From NCBI GenBank assembly GCA_963805625.1, contig CAWDVE010000016.1, positions 320,001 to 384,000 of the forward strand: a stretch of 64,000 bases of DNA, written 5' to 3'. This document shows, piece by piece, positions 31,502 through 39,413 of the stretch (position 1 is the first letter of the stretch; each line of letters opens with the position of its first letter). The position numbers and the translations under genes are program-made. The notes beneath the pieces are model-generated. The model saw only the letters and a program-made list of their open reading frames with translations, had not been told where the DNA came from and did no database searches. This stretch comes from an uncultured Candidatus Rokubacteria bacterium. GTDB lineage: Bacteria; Methylomirabilota; Methylomirabilia; Rokubacteriales; DASRDR01.

Positions 31502-32449
31502 CTAGCTGGCCAGGCGAATCCGAGGGTCGAGAACCGCGTAGCAGAGGTCGGCCACGACGTTGACGGCGATGAAGACGGCCACGAAGAAGAGCATCATCGC
31601 CTGGACGATCAGGTAGTCCCGGTTCCCGATCGCGTCCAGCGTCAGCCGTCCCACGCCGGGCCATCCGAAGACCGCTTCCGTGATGACCGCTCCGCCGAGA
31701 AGATAGCCGAACTGCACGGCGAGGACCGTAACGACAGGCAGCGCGGCGACCCGGAGGACGTGGCGGCTCACGATCACCGGCTCGCCCAGCCCCTTGGCAT
31801 GCGCCGTGCGGACGAAGTCGGCGTGCATGACCTCCGACAGCGAGGCGCGCAGGAACCGAATCAGGATGGCGGTCCCCGAAGCGCCCAGCGTGAGGCACGG
31901 GAGCACCAGGAGCCGGATCGACTCGAGCGGGTCCTCGGTGACGCTCACGAAGCCCGACGGCGGGAGCCAGCGGAGCGCCACTGCGAAGAGAAGGAGCAGC
32001 AGGATGCCGAGCCAGAAGGTGGGTGTTGCCAGCGCAAGCGCGTTCAGTAGCGTGAGGACACGGCTGACCGCCCAGCGAGGCCTGACGGCGGAGAGGATTC
32101 CCAGGGGACCGCCGACCGCGAGCATGATCACCATTGTCCCCACCGCGAGGTGGAGCGTGGCGGGGAGGCGCTGGGCGACCAGCTCCGCCACGGGGCGGCG
32201 GGTCGTGTAGGAGAGTCCCAGATCGCCCCGGGCGAGGCGCCCGAGCCACGTCAGGTACTGCACCGCCAGGGGACGGTCGAGCTGGTAGACGTGCCGCAGC
32301 GCCGCCACCTGGTCGGGTGTGGCGTTCGGGCCCGCCATGGTCACGGCGGGGTCACCGGGAACGAGGCGGATGAACAGGAACACGACGACACTGCTCAGGA
32401 AAAGGACCGGCACGGCCTGCAAGAGGCGCGCCCCGACGTACGACATCAT
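31502..32449 (-). CDS. peptide/nickel ABC transporter permease (DppB-like)
   Basis: LVPGDPA, GDLGLS, FVRTAHAKGL, LDPRI. Confidence 0.93.
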   Translation of the reverse strand: MMSYVGARLLQAVPVLFLSSVVVFLFIRLVPGDPAVTMAGPNATPDQVAALRHVYQLDRPLAVQYLTWLGRLARGDLGLSYTTRRPVAELVAQRLPATLHLAVGTMVIMLAVGGPLGILSAVRPRWAVSRVLTLLNALALATPTFWLGILLLLLFAVALRWLPPSGFVSVTEDPLESIRLLVLPCLTLGASGTAILIRFLRASLSEVMHADFVRTAHAKGLGEPVIVSRHVLRVAALPVVTVLAVQFGYLLGGAVITEAVFGWPGVGRLTLDAIGNRDYLIVQAMMLFFVAVFIAVNVVADLCYAVLDPRIRLAS

Positions 32450-32488
32450 CGCCCGCGCTCCGGCCGGCCCTTTCGGGAGCGCGCGTTC

Positions 32489-34048
32489 CTAGGAGCCGAC
32501 CTCGGTCCCGGCGAAGTGCGGCACCTGGTCGACGGGGTGCCGGTAATTCTTCACGCGCTGGCTGATCACCACCGGGATCACCCAGAACGCCAGGTTGACG
32601 GTCCAGCTCTCCTCCGCCCAGATCGTCTGGATGCGGTCATACGTCCGCTTTCGCGCCTTCATGTCGGTCGTGCCGATCCCTTCGAGGACGAGCTTCTTGT
32701 ACTCCTCGAAGAACGGCTGGGTCTCGATCTTCGCCCGGTTGTTGTTGATCCGGAGCGGGGAACTGTTGTTGATTCCCGAGGCGGGATCCAGCCGGCCATC
32801 GCCGAGGCCGAAGGCGACCGTGTCCCACTCGCCCTTGCCGTAGGTGTCCCAGAACGCCGACTCTTCCTTCTCGATGATCGAGAGCTTGACGCCGATCTGC
32901 GCGAGGTCCTGGGCCCAGATCTGGGCCATCTCCTTGGAGCCCGCGAGCTTGCCTAGCATGATCGACGTCTCGAAGCCGTTGGGGAGCCCCGCCTGCGCCA
33001 GAAGTGCCTTTGCGCGCGCAAGATCGAACTTGTACATCGTGCTGGCGGTCTCGGTGTACCAGGGCGCCGACGGCAGGTAGCGCGACTGGGTGGCCGGCGC
33101 CAGGCTGAAGTAGGCGAGCTTCGCGATCTTCGCGCGGTCTACACTCCAGTTCATGGCCTGGCGAACGAGCTTGTTGTCGAACGGTTTGTGCGAGGTGTTG
33201 ATTACGTTCGTGTACCAGAATCCACCCGGCGGCGGGGTGATCACCTGCACCCGTTTGTCGGTCTTCAGGCGGACAACGTCAGCCGGCGCCACGGTATCCA
33301 CGAAGTCCGCACTGCCGCCGAGCAGGTTCGCAATGCGGGCCTGATCGTCCGCGATGATCTTGACGGTCACCCGATCGAGGACAGGCTTGCCCTTCTCCCA
33401 GTATTGCTCGAAACGCTGGAGTTCGAGCTTGTCGCCGGGCGCGTAACTCAGGAACTTGAAGGGGCCGCTGCCCACTGGCTTGGTGGCGACGTCTGCCATC
33501 GCCTCCTTGGGAATGATGTACAGCAGGGTGAGATCGTCGAGCTTGAGGGGATAGGCCTGCTTGTACGTGATCTTGACGGTCTCGCGGTCAACGGCCTCGG
33601 CGCCGTCGACCGTGGGGTCGAAGTAGTCGAAGAGATAGTGGCCGATCGACTTGTCCTTGGCGCGGTTGACATTGTCCACGATGTCCTGGGACGTGAGGTC
33701 GCGGCCGTTGTGGAACTTGACACCCTTCCGTAGCTTGACCGTCAAGGTCTTGTCGGTTTCCTTCCAGGACTCCGCGAGCTGAGGGCTAGGGACGAACGCG
33801 TTCTTGCCCTGATAGTCGAAGAGGGCGCTGAAGATCTGCCCCTGGATGATCCACGCGCGCGTCTGGGCGAAATAAGGATCGAACTGGAGGTCGCCAGGCG
33901 CGGTGGCCACGAGCGACCCCCCCTGTGCCGCCCGGACCATCGTTGGAAGCGTTTGCCACACACTTCCGGCGGCCAGTCCCGCGAGTCCGGTCCGTACGAA
34001 CTGACGGCGACTGAGTGAAACGCCGACGGCCTCGAGTGCCTCGCGCAT
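32489..34048 (-). CDS. ABC transporter substrate-binding protein, family 5, Tat signal
   Basis: SRRQFV signal; LRKGVKFHNG, PVGSGPFKF, PFDNKLVRQAMN; AAGGAGG RBS. Confidence 0.92.
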   Translation of the reverse strand: MREALEAVGVSLSRRQFVRTGLAGLAAGSVWQTLPTMVRAAQGGSLVATAPGDLQFDPYFAQTRAWIIQGQIFSALFDYQGKNAFVPSPQLAESWKETDKTLTVKLRKGVKFHNGRDLTSQDIVDNVNRAKDKSIGHYLFDYFDPTVDGAEAVDRETVKITYKQAYPLKLDDLTLLYIIPKEAMADVATKPVGSGPFKFLSYAPGDKLELQRFEQYWEKGKPVLDRVTVKIIADDQARIANLLGGSADFVDTVAPADVVRLKTDKRVQVITPPPGGFWYTNVINTSHKPFDNKLVRQAMNWSVDRAKIAKLAYFSLAPATQSRYLPSAPWYTETASTMYKFDLARAKALLAQAGLPNGFETSIMLGKLAGSKEMAQIWAQDLAQIGVKLSIIEKEESAFWDTYGKGEWDTVAFGLGDGRLDPASGINNSSPLRINNNRAKIETQPFFEEYKKLVLEGIGTTDMKARKRTYDRIQTIWAEESWTVNLAFWVIPVVISQRVKNYRHPVDQVPHFAGTEVGS

Positions 34049-34181
34049 TGCCTCGCCTCCTTGTTCCTGGCTCGATGCTCACGCCGTTCCGATGTGGGGA
34101 GAACCGAGGCCGTCCAACGCAACTCTTCGGCTGCGTGGGCGGGCGCCGGCGCCTTCCGGGGGCCAGTCCCAGAATGCGTGG

Positions 34182-34211
34182 AGTCTAGCGCGCCGTAGCC
34201 GGACACTGCAA
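34182..34211 (-). promoter_or_regulatory. putative sigma70 promoter TTGCAG-N18-TAGACT for the ABC operon
   Basis: Motif match about 135 bp upstream of the binding-protein start. Confidence 0.35.
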
Positions 34212-34578
34212 CGGCCCCGTTGGCCACGATAGCCCAGAAGCGAGCAACTGGTGGAGCGGCGCCGATGCCTTAGGCATACACGACTCGAGCCGGCGCGGCG
34301 CGCCGGCCTCGGAGAGGCGGGTGTAGCGGCGACGCCCGTTCTGACGCCAACGTATAGAGGGCACATCGGCTACGGAAGCCAGTGACTTGCGGTTCGAACG
34401 TTCAAGAAGGAGCTCGGGCCCAGACCACGCATCCAAGAATCGGCTGCCAACTGGCTACCAAGCGAGACGAACTAGCCCGACTCGGGACGATCTGGTCCAC
34501 CAGGCGGTTCTCTTCGATCTCGCGGGGTTCGCTCGTCCGAGGTAGCCTGAGTGCCGGCGTGTTCGGCCTCGTCCTCAC

Positions 34579-34623
34579 TTCGTAATCGACAGGTCGTCGG
34601 TTCAAGTCCGATCGTCGGCTCCA
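34579..34623 (+). tRNA. 3' half of tRNA-Thr(CGT) (fragment, probable att site)
   Basis: TTCGTAA anticodon loop, TCGAC, AGGTC, T-arm GTCGGTTCAAGTCCGAT, CGTCGGC-T-CCA. No matching 5' anticodon strand, D-arm or acceptor strand upstream. Confidence 0.85.
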
Positions 34624-34830
34624 GTTTTTCTCGTGTTTGTTCAGACACTTCCGAACCAGACTCAACCTGACGGCCCTTGGCATCTTGCCAAACGGTGCCA
34701 AAACGGCGCCGCCCGTCATTCAACGACAGCGGACCTGGATTGGCGACGATGGCCGCCGATCCAGGTCCACAGAGATGAGCGAGCCGAAGGAGGCCTGACC
34801 GGCGCGCTCGGTCGAAAGATCCGCCAGCGG

Positions 34831-36003
34831 TCAGACGATCTGGACCCGCCGCGTGATTTGCCCGTTGCTCTCCCAGTAGGTCCGCTTGGTGGCAATGGCC
34901 GGATCGGTCATGGCTGGCTGGATGTTGCCGGCGGTGTCGGTCGCCCGCGAGGTAACGGTGTGCTCGCCGGCTGGCGGGCTGCCCCAGTCAAGCGTCCAAA
35001 ACTTCCACGAATACGCTGAGCCCCCTCCGCCCTCGGTGATGGTGGCCGGCATCCACGGTCCCCCGTCAACCTGCACTTCGACACTGGCGATTGGGCCGCC
35101 CCAGGCCGCCCCGGCAATCCGGCATTTGCCGTCCTTCCGGGTGACACGGGCCGGGGCGGACTTGAGCCGCGCCTTGCCGACGACGGTTTCAGTCCAGACC
35201 GGCTGCGCGTCGCGCTGCTCCTCGCGGATGGTCACATAGTCTCGGGCCATGAAGTGCCCCGCGAAGCGTGTGTCAATCACCTCGATGCGGTCGAGCCACT
35301 TCACGTTGGCCACGCCGTACCAGCCGGGCGTCAACAGCCGTAGTGGTGCGCCGTGACCGGCATCCAGCGGCTGCCCGTTCATCTCGTAGCAAAGCAAATT
35401 CTCCGGGCTCATCGCATCGCTGACTGACATACTGCGGGCGAACGGCGTCGTCAGATCCATGTCGCGGACCCTCTGCTTACCGATGTCGTGGGCGTAGAAG
35501 ACGATCTCTTTGCCCCTGTCCAGGATGCCCGCTTCCTGGAGCAGTGGCGCGAGCGCCGTGCCGGCCCAGGTGGCGTTGCCGATGCCACCCCAGAAGAACG
35601 GCAGGCCGGTGTTTCCCGCGCACTCCAGCGTGAAAGTGACCTCCTGGCGCGGACGGGCCTTCAGCTGGTCGATGGTCAGGCTGAGCGGCTGCTTGATCAG
35701 CCCAATGACATCGAGTCGCCATCTTTGTAGGTCGAACGTTGGCTGCCCGAAGTGTTTGACGGTGAAGAACTTGTTTGTGGGCGTGATCCAGGAATCGAGC
35801 TCTTCCCATTGCAGCTGCTGGCCGATGATCGCCTGGGCCGGCGGGGGTACGACGGCCGGCTGATCGAGCCAGGCGACGATCACCTCACCCTGCTCCAGCG
35901 GAACCGCCGCGACCAGGCGGTCAAGACGCAGGAACGCCAGCCCCGCCACCATGGCGCCGCCCGCCAACATCGCGTCACGTCGTGAGATCGTGTGTTTCCG
36001 CAT
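34831..36003 (-). CDS. sulfite oxidase family molybdopterin oxidoreductase, Tat signal
   Basis: SRRDAM signal; TLECAGN, EMNGQPL, HGAPLRL, GWYGVANVKWL, SRATD. Confidence 0.92.
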   Translation of the reverse strand: MRKHTISRRDAMLAGGAMVAGLAFLRLDRLVAAVPLEQGEVIVAWLDQPAVVPPPAQAIIGQQLQWEELDSWITPTNKFFTVKHFGQPTFDLQRWRLDVIGLIKQPLSLTIDQLKARPRQEVTFTLECAGNTGLPFFWGGIGNATWAGTALAPLLQEAGILDRGKEIVFYAHDIGKQRVRDMDLTTPFARSMSVSDAMSPENLLCYEMNGQPLDAGHGAPLRLLTPGWYGVANVKWLDRIEVIDTRFAGHFMARDYVTIREEQRDAQPVWTETVVGKARLKSAPARVTRKDGKCRIAGAAWGGPIASVEVQVDGGPWMPATITEGGGGSAYSWKFWTLDWGSPPAGEHTVTSRATDTAGNIQPAMTDPAIATKRTYWESNGQITRRVQIV

Positions 36004-36189
36004 GGAGTCCCTCCCAGTCGCTGCTGCCTGTATCGGCATCACAGCATCCGTGGAGCATAGGCCCGTGCGCACAACGGCGGTCTGATAGTCGCCTGGGTAT
36101 CAGGGATGGCTTCGGGTACCATACCACTGAACTCATTGGCGCGCCTGCTAGTCGGCGGGAAGCTGTTCGTGCCACGCCACCGCGCGAGC

Positions 36190-36387
36190 ATGACTGCGGC
36201 TATGCGAACCGTGCTTCGACTGGACGGCTGGCAGCAGCCAGGGGCGCGGCGCCCCCGCCCGCAGAAGTCCTCGCCCGGCTCATTCGAGAGTCCACAGGAT
36301 GGGCAACCGGTGGCCAGGGGCGCCGCGCACCTCGCGCAGCACCCACGCCATTCGCGGTTTCTCCGTGTGGCACCGGGGACACTGCAT
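36190..36387 (-). pseudogene. frameshifted double-zinc-ribbon N-terminus of adenylate-cyclase/AAA family gene
   Basis: MQCPRCHTE, then in shifted frames CARCGAPLATGCPSCGLSNEPGEDFCG and APLAAASRPVEARFA*. Confidence 0.7.
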
Positions 36388-36536
36388 CACCAGGGCCTCT
36401 GGTGCGCCAACGCTTGCCCTGCAGCGCGGTACCGACCTGTGCGGAAATTGTGCGGAGATGCGGGACGCCGTCGCGGTGCCGAGGGCGGCGCATGGAGCTC
36501 CCTTGTCCTGAGGTTGCTCCCGCATCAATCTTTGCC

Positions 36537-37307
36537 TCACTCCACGCCAGCCATCTCCACGCGCCACACCGGGCCGTTCAGGAACATCGCGCCCTCGAAG
36601 CGGACGAACGCGGGAATCTCCCCGAGCGCGAGCCAGTAGCGGAGATCGGGTGGGCTCTTCCCGATGACCGCCGCGACCAGCCCGGTGACCCCTCCGATCT
36701 CCAGGTTGACGAGATACCGGGCCGCCTGCTTCGCGTCACCGGCGAACACCACACGGTCCTCGCCCTCCCGGTGGAGGTCCATTCGGAGCAGTCGGGGCTT
36801 CGGCGTGAACGCCGCCAGCTGGGCGGTCGTCCTTCCCCCGGGAGGCAGGTTCTTCAGCATCAGGAGCGTCATGCCATTGGCGAGATCGGCGGGCATGTCG
36901 AACTCCCCGCTCGCCGTCTCCTCCGCAGCGCCGACACGCTCGCGCGTCTTCGCCTGGTAGCGTCCGCTCTTCCGGTCGAAGGAAATCTCCGCCCCCGGAA
37001 AGGATGGACCCCGCTGCTTCAGCCGATACGCCTCCAGCCGGAAGGCGTCGCGTTGCGAGTACGTCGTGGTCTCGTCGTGGATCGAGCCGTCCTTGAACTG
37101 AAGCAGGAGGCGGCTGTCGACCTCGTCGCCCCGCGGCTTCTGTGTGAGCTCGCCGTGTCCGATCCGCTCGCCCTGGGGCGTTCGTATCGCCAGGAACCCG
37201 CGGGTGGTCCCCTCGTGGAACCGCACGCGGACCGGCGCGGCCTCGAGGACGGTCGCGCACACGCACACGAGGGTGACGAGGAGCAGGCCGGATCGAAGGA
37301 GCCTCAC
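36537..37307 (-). CDS. hypothetical secreted beta-rich protein
   Basis: GGAGGG RBS, signal peptide ending LEA-A, protein-like composition. Confidence 0.75.
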   Translation of the reverse strand: MRLLRSGLLLVTLVCVCATVLEAAPVRVRFHEGTTRGFLAIRTPQGERIGHGELTQKPRGDEVDSRLLLQFKDGSIHDETTTYSQRDAFRLEAYRLKQRGPSFPGAEISFDRKSGRYQAKTRERVGAAEETASGEFDMPADLANGMTLLMLKNLPPGGRTTAQLAAFTPKPRLLRMDLHREGEDRVVFAGDAKQAARYLVNLEIGGVTGLVAAVIGKSPPDLRYWLALGEIPAFVRFEGAMFLNGPVWRVEMAGVE

Positions 37308-37445
37308 GACGCAACACCCTCCGCGCGAAGGCGGGCTATCGGCTGCTCACGGCCGGACTGCGCCCCCGTGCCTGGCCGCATGTTCGAGTGCCGAGCTCCT
37401 GCCTGTCTCGTGGCTCTGCCCGGCCTTCCTGTTTCCAATCGAGAC

Positions 37446-39398
37446 TCACTCATTCCGGAACTGCGCCTGCTCCGCCTGCTGGACGACCACCGCGCTGAGC
37501 TCGGCCGGCTCGACGGGCTTGGCGATGTATGTGTTGAAACCGGCCATGAGGGCCCGCACCCTCATCTGCGCGCCGGCATGAGCGGTCAGGGCGACCAGAG
37601 GCGTGCGGAGACCCCTAGCACGGATCGCACGCACCAGCGCCAGCCCATCCTCGCCCGGCATGGCCAGATCGCTCACGATCACATGGAAGGCCTCACGATC
37701 GACTGTCGCCAAGGCCTCCGCCGCGGAGGCGGCGGTCTGGACCGTGGCGCCCGCGGACTTCAGGAACCGCGCCACCAGCTCACGGCCATCGGCCTCGTCG
37801 TCCACGACGAGTACCCGGATGCCATTACAGCGGGGGCCTTCGTAGTGGCGTGGCTCGTCGACCACCTCGGCCCTGGCGAAGCGCACCGGCACGAGCGGTA
37901 GCGCCACCCTGAACGTGGCGCCCTGGCCGGTGCCGGGGCTCTCGGCCGAGACGGTGCCGCCCTGGAGCTCGACGAGATGCCGGACGATGGCGAGACCCAG
38001 GCCGAGTCCCCCGTGCAGTCGGCTGGTGGTCGCGTCAGCCTGCCGGAACCGATCGAAGATCACGGGAATCAGCTCTCGGGCGATCCCCGCTCCGTTGTCG
38101 ATGACCTGGATCAGGACACGCGAGTCCACGCGCTCCAGACGGACCTCGACCCGGCCCTGCCGGGGAGTGAACTTGACCGCGTTCGAGAGGAGGTTCCAGA
38201 GGATCTGCTGGAGCCGATCAGGATCGCCCATGACGACACACGTGCCCGACTCGAGATGGCTCGAGATCTGGATGTCCTTGGCCTGGGCCGCCGGCCGGAC
38301 CGTCTCGAGGGCCGCCAGCAGCACCGGGCCTAAATCGACGACGCGCATGTCCAGCCGCAACTTGCCTGCAATGATCCGCGAGAGGTCGAGCAGGTCGTCG
38401 ATGAGCTGGACCTGCTGGCGCGCGTTGCGCTCGATGCTCTCGAGGGCACGATGCAGCGTCGCCTCGTCCCGCTGCACCGTCGTGAGCACCTGGGCCCAGC
38501 CCAGGATGGCGGAAATCGGCGTTCGGAGCTCGTGCGACAGCGTTGCCAGAAAATCATCCTTCGCTCGGTTGGCCGACTCCGCGTCGCGCCGCGCGCTCTG
38601 CTCGCGGGCCAGTAGAGCCTGATAGTCCTTCTCCGCGCGCTTGCGCTGGGTGATGTCGGTCGCGATGGTGCAGACGGCGTACGGCTGGCCGACTCCGTCA
38701 TAAACGGGAAACCGGACCTGATGATAGATGCGGTCGGGTTCGCCCAGGCCGAGGGGTGCCTCGAATTCGAGGGTACGCCGCGTGGCCAGAGCCTCTTCCT
38801 CGTGCGCTCGCAGGAGTTCGGCTACCTCGCGATCGAAGAGGTCGTGGTCCCGCTGGCCCTTGAGCTCCGCCATGGGCCGGCCGGCGAGGCGCTCGTACTC
38901 CCGGTTCGCGAGGAGATAATGGCCGTCGGTGGCCTTCATGAAGAGGACCACGGGCGTGTGCTCGAGGATGGCATGGAGCAATCGGTCTCGCTCGCGGAGC
39001 GCGGTCTCCGCTTCGCGCAGCCGCAGGAGGGCGCGTATGGTGGCGATCAGCTCCTCCGTCTCGACCGGCTCGACCAGGTACGTATCCGCGCCGTGTTCCA
39101 GCGCTTGCAGGCGATCTGACCCGCGCGTGGCGGTGGCCGAAACGTGCAGGACGAGGAGCGCGGCCGTGTCCGGATCCGTCTTGAGGCGACGGCACACCTC
39201 GAGGCCACTCATGTCCGGCATGTTGACGTCGAGCAGGACGAGTGCAGGCTTGTGGATCGCTGCGAGGCGGAGGGCTTCCGTGCCGTTCGCGGCTTCCAGC
39301 ACGTTGAAGCCAGCCTTCCGGAGGGCTCGCGAACGCGCGTACAGCCCGGGAGCGTAGTCGTCGACGTTCAGAAGCGTGATCGGCGCGAGATCAGCCAT
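37446..39398 (-). CDS. hybrid sensor kinase REC-PAS-HisKA-HATPase-REC
   Basis: LLDVNMP, PAS region, SHELRTP, NLLSNAVKFT, GGLGLGL, VSDLAMP. Confidence 0.93.
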   Translation of the reverse strand: MADLAPITLLNVDDYAPGLYARSRALRKAGFNVLEAANGTEALRLAAIHKPALVLLDVNMPDMSGLEVCRRLKTDPDTAALLVLHVSATATRGSDRLQALEHGADTYLVEPVETEELIATIRALLRLREAETALRERDRLLHAILEHTPVVLFMKATDGHYLLANREYERLAGRPMAELKGQRDHDLFDREVAELLRAHEEEALATRRTLEFEAPLGLGEPDRIYHQVRFPVYDGVGQPYAVCTIATDITQRKRAEKDYQALLAREQSARRDAESANRAKDDFLATLSHELRTPISAILGWAQVLTTVQRDEATLHRALESIERNARQQVQLIDDLLDLSRIIAGKLRLDMRVVDLGPVLLAALETVRPAAQAKDIQISSHLESGTCVVMGDPDRLQQILWNLLSNAVKFTPRQGRVEVRLERVDSRVLIQVIDNGAGIARELIPVIFDRFRQADATTSRLHGGLGLGLAIVRHLVELQGGTVSAESPGTGQGATFRVALPLVPVRFARAEVVDEPRHYEGPRCNGIRVLVVDDEADGRELVARFLKSAGATVQTAASAAEALATVDREAFHVIVSDLAMPGEDGLALVRAIRARGLRTPLVALTAHAGAQMRVRALMAGFNTYIAKPVEPAELSAVVVQQAEQAQFRNE

Positions 39399-39413
39399 TT
39401 AGGGGCCTCCTAA

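Noticed and set aside
34540-34623. Intact tRNA-Thr
   Set aside because: The upstream sequence cannot form the acceptor, D or anticodon stems; only the 3' half is present.
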